Below the pieces are notes generated by a model, which saw only the letters and a program-made list of their open reading frames with translations, ran no database searches and was not told where the DNA came from. Of a stretch of 64,000 bases of DNA, positions 9,700 to 20,190 are shown in pieces. This DNA is from an uncultured Bacteroidota bacterium (GTDB taxonomy: Bacteria > Bacteroidota > Ignavibacteria > Ignavibacteriales > Ignavibacteriaceae). The stretch covers positions 4,443 through 68,442 of the forward strand of contig CAVVHP010000022.1 of the NCBI GenBank assembly GCA_963748105.1, in the 5' to 3' direction. The first letter of the stretch is position 1. Every line of letters begins with the position of its first letter. The position numbers and the translations under genes are program-made.

Positions 9700-10227
9700 T
9701 TATTTTTTAACTGATTCAGGTTCCGCGAGAGAAATAATAATAGGTATTTTGTCCTGCACTACCTTTTTTTCTTCCTCAGGTAATTTATTCATTGGCCTAC
9801 CATAATTCTGATTGGCATACTCATCCCTGGTCTCAAAGTAAGCTTGTTTAATTTGATCAAGTGCCTGAACATACGTATTATAGTTTGTTTTCCTATCAGT
9901 TTTAACAGATACAATTAATTTTTTATTGCTTGGAAGGTCTATTTTTGAAATGATTCTGGGTTTAATTTTATCTTTTATCTGGAACAGAGGAACCTGTTTC
10001 CCATCAAGAAGAACATCCCCATTTTCATTGATCAAAATAGCTGCCATCCTATCCTTCGGTACTTTTACTGTACTAACGTCCTGTACATATTCAGGAAGAG
10101 TAAGACCGATACCTGTGTCAACATCGATAACTGTAGCAACAAGGAAGAACAACAATAGAAGGAATGCTATATCCGCCATTGAGCTCGTTGGTATTGCAGC
10201 TTCAGCAATTTTTCTTTTTTTAATCAT
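9700..10227 (-). CDS. exbD: ExbD/TolR-family biopolymer transport protein (longer paralog)
   Basis: 175 aa with an IPTSSMADIAFLLLLFFLV signature. It is the tandem paralog of 9267..9680. Confidence 0.85.
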   Translation of the reverse strand: MIKKRKIAEAAIPTSSMADIAFLLLLFFLVATVIDVDTGIGLTLPEYVQDVSTVKVPKDRMAAILINENGDVLLDGKQVPLFQIKDKIKPRIISKIDLPSNKKLIVSVKTDRKTNYNTYVQALDQIKQAYFETRDEYANQNYGRPMNKLPEEEKKVVQDKIPIIISLAEPESVKK

Positions 10228-10280
10228 GACTTAATACTCTTCAATATATTAATAAAATTAAATTGTCTCTTTACTATAAA

Positions 10281-10976
10281 TTATTTCTTAACAGATTTTA
10301 ATTCATAAAGAGCATCAATTAATTCTATTGAACTTTCTTCCATATCACCAACAAGGCGGTCAATTCTGGATATGAAGTAGTTGTAAAAAACCTGAAGAAT
10401 CATAGCCACAACCAGTCCGAACAAAGTAGTTAACAAAGCAACAGAGATACCATCAGCAACTATAGCTGGTGAGATCTGTGCAGCTTCTTTAATAGAGTCA
10501 AATGCTGTGATCATACCTTGTACCGTACCGGTAAAACCAAGCATAGGTGCAATTGTAATAAAAGTTGAAATCCAGATCATTCCTTTTTCGAGGAAGCTCA
10601 TTTCAATTCCGCCATAGGCGATGATAGCTTTTTCAGCAGCTTCAAGTCCTTCATCTGCTCTTAAAAGACCAGCATGGAATACAGAAGCAACAGGTCCTCT
10701 TGTATTAGCACAAACATCTTTAGCAGCGTCAACACCACCATCATTTAGGGCTTTAGTTACTTTAATAATAAAATCTTTTGTGTTAACTCTTGCGCGTGAT
10801 AACGTCCAGAATCTTTCAATACAAAAAGCCAACCCGAGAACCAAACAAGCTAAAATAGGGTGCATAAAAATTCCACCGGCTTCGTACTTAGTTGCTAACC
10901 AGTTAAGTGCACCAGAATCATTAGTTGCTTGTGCTATTACATTTACAATCGATGATAAAATGAGTGCAAATTCCAT
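10281..10976 (-). CDS. exbB: MotA/TolQ/ExbB proton-channel protein
   Basis: 231 aa with 3 TM helices. The conserved ...IAPMLGFTGTVQGMITAF... and ALLTTLFGLVVA motifs of the ExbB/TolQ family are present. Confidence 0.88.
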   Translation of the reverse strand: MEFALILSSIVNVIAQATNDSGALNWLATKYEAGGIFMHPILACLVLGLAFCIERFWTLSRARVNTKDFIIKVTKALNDGGVDAAKDVCANTRGPVASVFHAGLLRADEGLEAAEKAIIAYGGIEMSFLEKGMIWISTFITIAPMLGFTGTVQGMITAFDSIKEAAQISPAIVADGISVALLTTLFGLVVAMILQVFYNYFISRIDRLVGDMEESSIELIDALYELKSVKK

Positions 10977-11147
10977 AAAGAGTGACCTCCTAAAAATTAA
11001 ATAAAAGATACTTGAGGAGAGTATTTCTTCCGCAATTATTCAAAAATACTCACTCAGGATAATGAATTCAAAAAAGAAAGTCAACAGTTTAGTACCTGAC
11101 TTTTTTAAAATTTATCCAGAATAATTGAATAAAAAGGCTTACATCTC

Positions 11148-11840
11148 TCACTTATTAAATCTTTGTTTCAGGCTTATAATATTGCCCGTAACAAAGTTAT
11201 AATTATCAAAGATACTGTTGACAAGTTCACCAATTTCTTCCGGTTTCATCCATTTGCTGAATTCACCTTCTTTCATCCATTCCCTGTTTACCGGGGTATC
11301 AATAATGTATGGTGCTATTGCATTTACGGACAATCTTATCTCTTCGCCTTCAAGAGCAAGTGATTTTACAAGGTGAATAAGAGCGCTTTTAGAGGTACCA
11401 TATGCAGCTTTTTTATTTTCCGCATATAAACCTGTATAAGCCGCAGTAAAACACAACGAGCCAGAATCAGATGAAGAAACAAGACCGGAAAAATGCTTCG
11501 CAAGAAGGAAACTTGTCCGTAGGTTCATTGACATCATTTTTTCCCATTCACTAACAGAAGTTTCGCTTACGGAGTTCCCCCCAGCAAATCCTCCGATTGT
11601 ACTGTAAAGGAAAAACTTTTTATTTTTACCCGGACTTACATTTTTAAATGCATTTTCAACATTATTTTCAATTGCCAGGTCTTCAATAGTTATTTTATCT
11701 ATTTTTTCGTCATTAAAATTATTTTCATCAAATTTAAAATCGAACAGGTAGATTTTATCGAAATTCTTTGATACAAGTGCACTTGTTACACCGCTTCCAA
11801 GAGCTCCGTTAGCACCAAATATTAATAATTCTTTGTTCAT
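11148..11840 (-). CDS. Short-chain dehydrogenase/reductase (SDR) family oxidoreductase
   Basis: 230 aa with a Rossmann GANGALGSG loop and the catalytic YGTSK (YxxxK) motif. Confidence 0.8.
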   Translation of the reverse strand: MNKELLIFGANGALGSGVTSALVSKNFDKIYLFDFKFDENNFNDEKIDKITIEDLAIENNVENAFKNVSPGKNKKFFLYSTIGGFAGGNSVSETSVSEWEKMMSMNLRTSFLLAKHFSGLVSSSDSGSLCFTAAYTGLYAENKKAAYGTSKSALIHLVKSLALEGEEIRLSVNAIAPYIIDTPVNREWMKEGEFSKWMKPEEIGELVNSIFDNYNFVTGNIISLKQRFNK

Positions 11841-11858
11841 AATTCTTTCCCGGATTTT

Positions 11859-13682
11859 TTATAATTCCAATCTAGTTTCTACACCATGTAACTTGTTGTA
11901 CGGTAAAGTATAAAACCTTACAAAGGATGGAGTAATTTTCTTTAACAGAGCAAATATTTTTAGCCATGGCTTATTAGTTGATATATCTTCAACACCATAA
12001 AATATTACTTTTTCACTTATTCCATTCTTTTTAAGTAATCCCGGAATGTCAAGTACTTCAAGATAGCCTCCCTCAATTATAATTCCCGATAAACCGTGAG
12101 CAATGTTTTCCACTTTTTGGAAATTAACACCATATGGTTTATCTGTAGTGTTAATAGAAACGAGAATGTTGTTTTCATAAATAATATTTCCTCTTATTAT
12201 ACAGTGCACCATATAAGGAGGAATTTCTTTCATATTTTTTGTAAAGAACAGTGCCGTTCCTTTTATATTATTTCCTAATCCATAAATCTGATTGTAACTG
12301 ACTATAAATGTTTCAATTGGTAATGCTCTGAATGAACGATACATTCTCTTGTTCCCGTTTTCCCATAATTTGATTACAAAAAACGGTAAGGCAGCTATTA
12401 CAATTGACCAATAACCTCCGTGTGGAATTTTATTCATTACAGCTACCAGAAATCCGAGCACAACAATAAACACCAGTATAGACGCAAACATTTTTTTTCG
12501 GTTTCTATCTATCTTAAATATCCAGATCATAAATATTGAGCTAATTGTCATTGTTGCGGTAACAGCCAGTCCATATGCCGCTGCAATATTTTCAGATTTT
12601 TGGAAAAATAAAATCATAAAAATTACAGCGATCAGTAATCCCCAGTTAACTACACCGATATATATCTGCGATTTTATATGTGAAGAAGTAAACTTAACTT
12701 TCAATAATGGAAAAACTCTCGTTGTAATTCCCTGGTAAACAAGTGACATTATTGCACTTATCATTGCCTGGGAAGCAATGATAGTAGCAAACAGGGTTAA
12801 TATTAAAAATGGGACATAAAGAAAAGTAGTAATTGAACTTACCATAGAAAATAATATTGAACTTGACTGACCACTATTTAACAGAAAAGCGCCCTGTCCG
12901 AAATAATTTATAACAAGAGCAAAGAATACGAAGTACCATGCGTGTTTTATCGGATCTCCTCCCAGGTGCCCCATATCTGCATATAGAGCCTCTCCACCAG
13001 TTGCACAAAGTATCACTTCACTTAAGACAAAAAATCCCACTAATCCATGATGAAGCATAAAGTCAATAGCATACCATGGATTGATAGCAAGTAATACTCT
13101 GGGTGCGTTAGCAATTGAATAAATTCCCGTAAGAAATAACGCGGAGAACCAAAGAAGCATAATTGGTCCAAAAGAAAAAGAGACCTTATCTGTTCCGTGA
13201 TATTGAAATGAAAAAAGTATGACAGTAATTATACAGGTAATAATTATTATGGTTGTGATGCTTATGTGCCCTATACCGGGGATTAATTCAAGGCCTTCAA
13301 CTGCTGATAAAATACTAATTGCCGGAGTAATTACTCCATCACCCATTAATAAAGAGACACCAATGTATCCGAGAAAGGTAGCAAAGGCTATTTTTCTTCC
13401 TTTTTTCAACTTACCGGCAAGAATTTCCTTCAGCACAATAATTCCGCCCTCACCTTTTATGCTAAGGCTCATTGCCAGCCATACATATTCAAAACTTACA
13501 AGAATTACCAATGACCAGAAAATGAGTGAAAGCACACCCATCAAATTTCCTTCAGTTGGCTTTGTAAGCGTAAAAATAATGGTAAGGGTATAAATTGGAC
13601 TAGTACCAATATCCCCGAATACCAGTCCCGCGGCTTTTGTAATATCTTTAAAAGATGAGAATTTTCTTTCTTTTTTTGCCAT
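11859..13682 (-). CDS. kup: KUP/HAK/KT potassium uptake transporter
   Basis: 607 aa and polytopic. The N-terminal LVFGDIGTSPIYT motif and GGEALYADMGH motif are diagnostic of Kup. Confidence 0.9.
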   Translation of the reverse strand: MAKKERKFSSFKDITKAAGLVFGDIGTSPIYTLTIIFTLTKPTEGNLMGVLSLIFWSLVILVSFEYVWLAMSLSIKGEGGIIVLKEILAGKLKKGRKIAFATFLGYIGVSLLMGDGVITPAISILSAVEGLELIPGIGHISITTIIIITCIITVILFSFQYHGTDKVSFSFGPIMLLWFSALFLTGIYSIANAPRVLLAINPWYAIDFMLHHGLVGFFVLSEVILCATGGEALYADMGHLGGDPIKHAWYFVFFALVINYFGQGAFLLNSGQSSSILFSMVSSITTFLYVPFLILTLFATIIASQAMISAIMSLVYQGITTRVFPLLKVKFTSSHIKSQIYIGVVNWGLLIAVIFMILFFQKSENIAAAYGLAVTATMTISSIFMIWIFKIDRNRKKMFASILVFIVVLGFLVAVMNKIPHGGYWSIVIAALPFFVIKLWENGNKRMYRSFRALPIETFIVSYNQIYGLGNNIKGTALFFTKNMKEIPPYMVHCIIRGNIIYENNILVSINTTDKPYGVNFQKVENIAHGLSGIIIEGGYLEVLDIPGLLKKNGISEKVIFYGVEDISTNKPWLKIFALLKKITPSFVRFYTLPYNKLHGVETRLEL

Positions 13683-14046
13683 TCAATTAAATATTTCTGG
13701 ATATTATATTATAGAGCCACTAAAATAAAGATAAATTAACACTTCAAACAACTTTTGCAGGCAAGTTTTATTTCAACACAAGCCAAATTAAATTCTAAAA
13801 GGCTTGAAATTATAAATTTAAGCCCATTGATATAAAACTGTTCTATTCCCTCCAGACTTTCATGCAGAAATTATTTCGGGATAAATTAAATCTTTTTAGA
13901 TTCCTTCAATATTAGAAATAGACATTATCCTTACAAATCGCATACTTAAAATCAAAAAATATAGAACCATTTTTCACCTTTGAAAACCATTTTCTAATTT
14001 CTATCTTTAAAAGATATAAATTCCCGCGTATAAAAGATTTATAATA

Positions 14047-16815
14047 ATGAAAAACAAAAAATTCGTAATTATCGACGCAATGGCGCTGGCATACAGAGCA
14101 TATTTTGCATTTATTAATCGCCCGCTTGTAACTAAAAGCGGCGAACCAACTTCCGCAATTTTCGGATTTCTAAACCAGGTATTAAAAATTCTTGAAGATC
14201 ATAAACCGGATTATATTGCTGTTGCATTCGATTCGAAAGAAAAAACATTCAGACATGAAAGATATGAGCATTATAAAGCTTCTCGTGAAGAAATGCCGGA
14301 TGATCTGATCCCACAGATTGGAAGAATAAAGGAAATAATTGAAGCATTAAATATCCCGCTTTACATACTTCCCCGCTATGAAGCAGACGACATAGTTGGA
14401 ACTGCTGTAAAGAAGGCCGAAAAAGCCGGAATGATTTCCTACGTTATTACACCAGATAAAGATTACAACCAGCTGGTAACTGATAAAGTTAAAATTGTTA
14501 AAGCTGGAAAAAGCATTGATGAAATTATTGTTTACGATGTAGCAAAAGTAAAAGATGAATTGGGCTTTGAGCCAAAACAAATGATTGATTATCTCGCACT
14601 TATAGGGGATAAGTCAGATGATATTCCCGGTGTAGCAGGTGTTGGCCCCAAAACTGCGGTTCCTCTAATTCAAAAATACGGTTCTGTTGAAGGGATTTAC
14701 AAACACATAGATGACATTGAAAAATCAGGGCTCAAGAAAAAATTACTTGCAAACAAAGACAATGCTTTTCTCTCAAAAGAACTGGCAACAATTCACTGCG
14801 ATGTTCCACTTGAAATGGATTTTAACCAGGCTAAGTTCGAAATGCCCGATATGGAAAAGATTAAATCCATTTTTATTGAGCTTGAATTTACAAGAATGTT
14901 CAACAGACTTATAAAAGTTTATGATGTTAATGGAAATGTAGAAGATATTCAAATTACACCTCCTGAAGGAGCTAAAGAGTTTGACAAGGGGAAAGTAAAA
15001 TATAAACTCATAAAGGACATAAAATCTGCTGAGAAGCTAGCTAATAAATTAGACAAATCGGACCTGTTTGTTTTTGATACCGAGACAGACGGACTTAATG
15101 CATTTGAACTTAAAATTGCCGGGGCATCTTTTGCAATAAAATCCGGTGAAGCATATTTCGTTGCTGTAAATCCTGTGAATAATTCCAATGACCTTTTTTC
15201 AACTGATCTGAGCGACAGGCTTGAGCTTAAGGATTTCGTAAAAATATTTAAGCCTGTTTTTGAAAATAAAAAAATCAAAAAAGTCTGCCAGAACGGAAAG
15301 TTTGATATTTCAGTTATGAAAAGTGTTGGCGTAAACCTGGAAAACTTTTACTTTGATACTATGCTCGCAAGTTATGTGCTGGATCCTGATCAAAAACACA
15401 ATATGGATGCGCTATCGGAAAAATATTTGAACTACAAGCCGATTCCCATTTCAGAATTAATCGGAAGTAAAAAAGATCCGACAAAAATATTTGATGTTGA
15501 TCTTAATGATCTTTCCAATTATGCCGCAGAAGATGCCGATATAACTTATAGCCTTTACGAAGTTATGGACAAAGAACTAAAGAAGGCAAAATTGCACAAG
15601 CTTGCCTACGAAGTTGAATTCCCTCTTGCACCCGTACTCGAAGAAATAGAGAGACACGGAATTGGTGTTGATAGAAAAGTTTTGAATGATCTCAGTAAGT
15701 TGCTCGAAAAAGATCTGAATAGTATAACAAAAAAAATATTTAAACTTGCCGGAGAAGAATTCAATATTAATTCACCAAAGCAGCTCCAGGAAATTCTATT
15801 TAATAAACTTGGTCTGCAAACTGGTAAAAAAACAAAAACCGGTTTTTCCACTGATGCACGATCACTCGAATATCTGCGGGGAGAACATGATATAATAGGA
15901 GAGATTCTCGATTTCAGGCAGATCACTAAGCTAAAATCAACCTATGCTGATGCTTTACAGACAATGATAAATCCACAGACCGGGCGAATACATACAACAC
16001 TCAACCAGATTGCTGCTTCAACGGGAAGACTTTCCAGTAATGATCCAAATTTACAGAATATTCCAATTCGCACATCCCGCGGTAAAGAAATACGTAAAGC
16101 GTTTGTACCACGCGATAAAAATCACGTTATACTCAGCGCCGATTACAGCCAGATCGAATTACGAATTATGGCAAGCATTTGCGGCGATGAGGGACTTACA
16201 AAAGCATTTAAGAATGGTGAAGATATTCACAGAAGTACAGCAGCACATGTTTTTATGGTTGAACCGGAAGACGTTACTGATGATATGCGAAGAAAAGCTA
16301 AGGAGGTAAATTTCGGTATATTATACGGCATCGGCCCGTTTGGTCTTTCAACAAGACTTGGAATAACACAAAAACATGCAAAGGAAATAATTGAAACTTA
16401 CTTCAATACTTTCAAACGTGTTAAAAACTTTATGGATGATTCTGTAAAAAAAGCAAAAGAACAAGGCTACGCGGAAACGCTACTTGGAAGAAGACGATTT
16501 CTTAAGAATATAAACAGCAGTAACCGTGTTGTTCGCCAGTTTGAGGAAAGAGTCGCCATAAATATGCCAATTCAGGGAACAGCGGCAGATATGATAAAAC
16601 TTGCAATGATTAAAACTCACAACGAATTGAAAAAAAGAAATACTAAAACAAAAATGGTTCTGCAGGTACATGATGAATTATTGTTTGACGCGCATAAAGA
16701 TGAGGTAAAAGAACTAACACCTTTAATTAAAGATTGGATGGAAAATGCCTTACCAATTGAAGTACCAATTTTAGTTGAAACCGGTACCGGTGACAATTGG
16801 CTGGATGCACACTGA
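14047..16815 (+). CDS. polA: DNA polymerase I (5'-3' exonuclease, 3'-5' exonuclease-like and polymerase domains)
   Basis: 922 aa. It has a 5' nuclease N-terminus (IIDAMALAYRAYFA), an exo domain (FDTETDGL) and polymerase motif A (LSADYSQIELRIMA), motif B (RRKAKEVNFGILYG) and motif C (LQVHDELLF). Confidence 0.95.
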   Translation: MKNKKFVIIDAMALAYRAYFAFINRPLVTKSGEPTSAIFGFLNQVLKILEDHKPDYIAVAFDSKEKTFRHERYEHYKASREEMPDDLIPQIGRIKEIIEALNIPLYILPRYEADDIVGTAVKKAEKAGMISYVITPDKDYNQLVTDKVKIVKAGKSIDEIIVYDVAKVKDELGFEPKQMIDYLALIGDKSDDIPGVAGVGPKTAVPLIQKYGSVEGIYKHIDDIEKSGLKKKLLANKDNAFLSKELATIHCDVPLEMDFNQAKFEMPDMEKIKSIFIELEFTRMFNRLIKVYDVNGNVEDIQITPPEGAKEFDKGKVKYKLIKDIKSAEKLANKLDKSDLFVFDTETDGLNAFELKIAGASFAIKSGEAYFVAVNPVNNSNDLFSTDLSDRLELKDFVKIFKPVFENKKIKKVCQNGKFDISVMKSVGVNLENFYFDTMLASYVLDPDQKHNMDALSEKYLNYKPIPISELIGSKKDPTKIFDVDLNDLSNYAAEDADITYSLYEVMDKELKKAKLHKLAYEVEFPLAPVLEEIERHGIGVDRKVLNDLSKLLEKDLNSITKKIFKLAGEEFNINSPKQLQEILFNKLGLQTGKKTKTGFSTDARSLEYLRGEHDIIGEILDFRQITKLKSTYADALQTMINPQTGRIHTTLNQIAASTGRLSSNDPNLQNIPIRTSRGKEIRKAFVPRDKNHVILSADYSQIELRIMASICGDEGLTKAFKNGEDIHRSTAAHVFMVEPEDVTDDMRRKAKEVNFGILYGIGPFGLSTRLGITQKHAKEIIETYFNTFKRVKNFMDDSVKKAKEQGYAETLLGRRRFLKNINSSNRVVRQFEERVAINMPIQGTAADMIKLAMIKTHNELKKRNTKTKMVLQVHDELLFDAHKDEVKELTPLIKDWMENALPIEVPILVETGTGDNWLDAH

Positions 16816-16822
16816 TAAACTT

Positions 16823-17833
16823 ATGACTATTGATCACAAAAAAATAAAAAAAATACTCTGCATCAAACTACGTGGGATTGGTGATGTTGTGCTTTCCACA
16901 ATAATTCTGGATAATTTAAAAGCCCACTTCCCTGCTGCAAAAATTGATTATCTTACTGAAACTTTTGTAAAGCCAGCAATTGAAAATAATCCTGACATTA
17001 ACAAAATAATTACCATGAGGAAAAGTGAAATACCTCTAAAAGTTGCATGGCGTGTGAGAAAAGAAAAATATAATATGATTCTCGATCTCTGGTCAAATCC
17101 AAGATCTGCTCAGGTTACTTTTTTATCAGGTGTAAAATATCGCGTAGGCTTTGCTTACAGGGGAAGGAAATACGCATACAATATCCTGGCTACATCAGGA
17201 CGCGGTGAGGTTCACTCAGCAGAACATAATCTGGAAATACTAAAAGCAATTGATGTGCCGATAGTTTCCAAAAATGTAGTCCATTATGTTTCCAATAAAG
17301 ACAAGACCTTTGGCGAGAATTTTTTTAAAGATAATTTTTCTTCAGATGAAAAAGTAATCGGAATAATTCCAGCCGGTGGATGGGAATCAAAAAGATGCGA
17401 TGCAGTTAAGTGGGTTGAAATTTGCAAAGCAATTTCCGAAAGTAACGATGTAAGATTTTTGATACTCTGGGGCCCTGGAGATGAAAAGGATGCTCTGCAC
17501 ATAAAGAAAGCATTACCAGCTTCAACCGTAATTGCGCCAAAAACAAAATTAGCTGAAATGACCGGGTTGATTAAATATTGCGATACGATTCTTGCAAATG
17601 ATTCAGGTCCAATGCACATTTCCGCTGCACTGGGAATCCCCACTCTCGGAATTTTCGGGCCAACAAATCCCAAAGCTCACGGGCCGTACTCCCTGAACTC
17701 CGACTATGTAATTAAAGACGATCTGTTTTGTATTATCTGTAACAAACTTACCTGTCCCTACAAACACGAATGCATGCTTGAATTGCCTGTAGAAAAAGTT
17801 GTTGAAAAAGTGGAAAAAATAAGCAGGTTTTAG
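16823..17833 (+). CDS. Glycosyltransferase family 9 (LPS heptosyltransferase-like)
   Basis: The start is taken at MTIDHKKIKK (16823), just after the polA stop; the track start at 16775 overlaps polA. GT9 hallmarks are KILCIKLRGIGDVVLST, ANDSGPMHISAALGIP and a C-terminal Cys motif CIICNKLTCPYKHEC. Confidence 0.8.
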   Translation: MTIDHKKIKKILCIKLRGIGDVVLSTIILDNLKAHFPAAKIDYLTETFVKPAIENNPDINKIITMRKSEIPLKVAWRVRKEKYNMILDLWSNPRSAQVTFLSGVKYRVGFAYRGRKYAYNILATSGRGEVHSAEHNLEILKAIDVPIVSKNVVHYVSNKDKTFGENFFKDNFSSDEKVIGIIPAGGWESKRCDAVKWVEICKAISESNDVRFLILWGPGDEKDALHIKKALPASTVIAPKTKLAEMTGLIKYCDTILANDSGPMHISAALGIPTLGIFGPTNPKAHGPYSLNSDYVIKDDLFCIICNKLTCPYKHECMLELPVEKVVEKVEKISRF

Positions 17834-18037
17834 CTCATTTATTCCCTTTACTAATTAATCATAAAATTCATTTTATTCTTACTTAGCGTGTTAGTTACCA
17901 TGAATTTTTATGTCTTATAATTATGATTAAAGTAATAATGTATTTGAAATCATAAATACATTAAACAATATTTTAATTCTACAAAGTTATATCTTAAATT
18001 TGTATCATTAAATAGTTAATATTTAAGGAATTCCAGC

Positions 18038-19024
18038 TTGCCTGATTTATCCGGGAATAAAAAAATACTTATCATACGCCTGGGAAAGATCGGTGATATT
18101 ATAATCACTTCTTCTGTATTTGATCTGTTGAAAAAGAAATACCCGGGAATAAATATTTCACTGCTAACGCTGGAGAAAAACCGGGAAGTGTTAAAATATA
18201 ACCCGAACATAGATAGAATTTATTTTACAAATAAAAATCTTACTCTCTTTTTTCTTCTTTTCAAACTTCGTAAAAACAGATATGATATAATTCTGGATTT
18301 AAACGATGATCCTTCAAGAACATCCGGCACAATTCGCAGAATATTAAAAGCTGGAACTACAGCGGCTTTCAATTTTGATATACTGCCTATGCCAGATATT
18401 GCAGTTACGCAGCCGCCAAAGAATTCTACACACATAATTGAGAGGATACAAAAGTTACTTGAAGGTTTAGAAATACAGATTGGGAATAATGAACTTAGAC
18501 CTTCATTATATCTTGGTAAATCAGAATTAAAAGATGTAGAAGAGCAGTTGGCTCAATACAAAAACAATTCAAAAATAATAGCAATTAATTTATCGGCCGG
18601 TGCACAGATAAGATACTGGCCGGTTCCCAAATGGATAGAACTACTAACAAGAATTTCCGACAAATATCCTGATTATAAATTTTTATTGCTTTCAACAGAT
18701 GCTGATAAAGAAATATGTGAAAAAATCAGCAATAATATTTCAGTTCCACGTTTACTTAGCCAGAAATTCAATTCATTTCAGCATTATGCTTCATATATTT
18801 GTAAAGCAGATTTATTGATAACATCCGACACAGCCGCAGTCCACATCGGCTCGGCATTCAACAAACCACAGATTGTATTCTTCCCTGCTGTTGAATGGAA
18901 CTTTATAAGCTGGCAGCCGCTGTCGGAGATATCGAAATCAATCATATCTAAAGCAGAAAATCTGGCAGCTATATCTGTTGATGAAGCCTGGCAAACATTC
19001 GAAGAAATAATAAAAGAAATTTAA
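18038..19024 (+). CDS. Glycosyltransferase family 9 (heptosyltransferase-like)
   Basis: 328 aa with an apparent TTG start. KILIIRLGKIGDIIITS and TSDTAAVHIGSAF motifs are present. The C-terminal 4-Cys motif is absent. Confidence 0.75.
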   Translation: MPDLSGNKKILIIRLGKIGDIIITSSVFDLLKKKYPGINISLLTLEKNREVLKYNPNIDRIYFTNKNLTLFFLLFKLRKNRYDIILDLNDDPSRTSGTIRRILKAGTTAAFNFDILPMPDIAVTQPPKNSTHIIERIQKLLEGLEIQIGNNELRPSLYLGKSELKDVEEQLAQYKNNSKIIAINLSAGAQIRYWPVPKWIELLTRISDKYPDYKFLLLSTDADKEICEKISNNISVPRLLSQKFNSFQHYASYICKADLLITSDTAAVHIGSAFNKPQIVFFPAVEWNFISWQPLSEISKSIISKAENLAAISVDEAWQTFEEIIKEI

Positions 19025-19047
19025 CTGACAAACTGAAGGGCTCAAAA

Positions 19048-20190
19048 TTGAAAATACATGATTGCAAAAGATTCAGTGGGTACAAGCCTTGTTTCCCGGA
19101 CCATAACTGCTGGGAAGATGGCTGCAAAGATTACATCCCCATGGGAACGAAAATTTTAATTGTAAACCTGGACGCAATGGGCGATGTTTTAATGACAACA
19201 GCACAGTTACCCGGATTGAAAAGAAAATTCCCTGAATCTACTATCTGGTGGATTACATTAAAAATTGCCGCTCCCCTGCTTCACAACAATGAATATATTG
19301 ATAAAGTATTAACATACGATGCAGAATCTCTTTCGATTCTTGGACAAATGAAATTCGATTTTGTAATGAATGTTGACAAATCGCAGCGCTCCTGTTCAAT
19401 TTTGAATTCAGTTAACGCACAGCATAAACTGGGTTTTGGAATGAATAAAAATGGAAAAATAATCCCAATAAACAAAGGCGCAAATTACAATTACCGTTTA
19501 GGTATGGATGATCATTTTAAATTCGAAATAAACCAGAGAACCGGACAGGATTACCTGGCAGAAACTTTTGAAGTAGATTTTCAAGGAGATGATTATACCT
19601 TCAATTTTACTGAAGATGAGTTGATATTTATAGCCAATTATAAAAAGAAGGTAAAATTAAGAGATAATAATTTTGTGGTAGGATTTAATACTGGTTGTTC
19701 AAATCTGTTTCCGAATAAGAAAATGACAGTGGCCCAGCATATTTCTTTAATCGACAAGTTATTAAAAAAGAAGAAATATAAGATTGTACTTCTGGGCGGA
19801 CCCGAAGACACAGAACGGAATAAGAAGATTTATTCGAAGTTCAGAGGCAAAATAATTAACACTCCCTCAGATGGAGGAGTTAGAAAAGGAGCCTGTTATG
19901 AGAGTCTGGCAGATGTTATAATAACCGGTGATTCATTCGGTATGCATCTTGGTATTGCATTGAAAAAATTTATTATAGTATGGTTCGGTGTAAGTTGTTG
20001 GACAGAAATAGAACTATACGGCAGAGGGGTTAAATTTTTCCAGGAAGATCTTGCCTGTTCTCCATGCTGGAAGAAATCCTGTCCGTATGATCTTGAGTGC
20101 ATAAAGATGATAGATCAGAAAAAAATAATTGATGAAGTTGAAAAATATTACAAATCAGTAAGGCCGGCAAGGAATGCTAAATCTAAATAG
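19048..20190 (+). CDS. Glycosyltransferase family 9 (heptosyltransferase-like) with Cys-rich N-terminal extension
   Basis: 380 aa with an apparent TTG start. It has an N-terminal DCKRFSGYKPCFPDHNCWEDGC, GT9 motifs (ILIVNLDAMGDVLMTT; TGDSFGMHLGIAL) and a C-terminal CSPCWKKSCPYDLEC. Confidence 0.75.
   Translation: MKIHDCKRFSGYKPCFPDHNCWEDGCKDYIPMGTKILIVNLDAMGDVLMTTAQLPGLKRKFPESTIWWITLKIAAPLLHNNEYIDKVLTYDAESLSILGQMKFDFVMNVDKSQRSCSILNSVNAQHKLGFGMNKNGKIIPINKGANYNYRLGMDDHFKFEINQRTGQDYLAETFEVDFQGDDYTFNFTEDELIFIANYKKKVKLRDNNFVVGFNTGCSNLFPNKKMTVAQHISLIDKLLKKKKYKIVLLGGPEDTERNKKIYSKFRGKIINTPSDGGVRKGACYESLADVIITGDSFGMHLGIALKKFIIVWFGVSCWTEIELYGRGVKFFQEDLACSPCWKKSCPYDLECIKMIDQKKIIDEVEKYYKSVRPARNAKSK

Noticed and set aside
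17937-17962. AATGTATTT-N8-AAATACATT inverted repeat after GT9-1, and ATGATTTT-N8-AAAATCAT at about 29938-29961.
   Set aside because: The stems are purely A/T and weak, with no flanking U-tract logic. They are probably chance palindromes in AT-rich spacers, so I did not call them terminators or operators.
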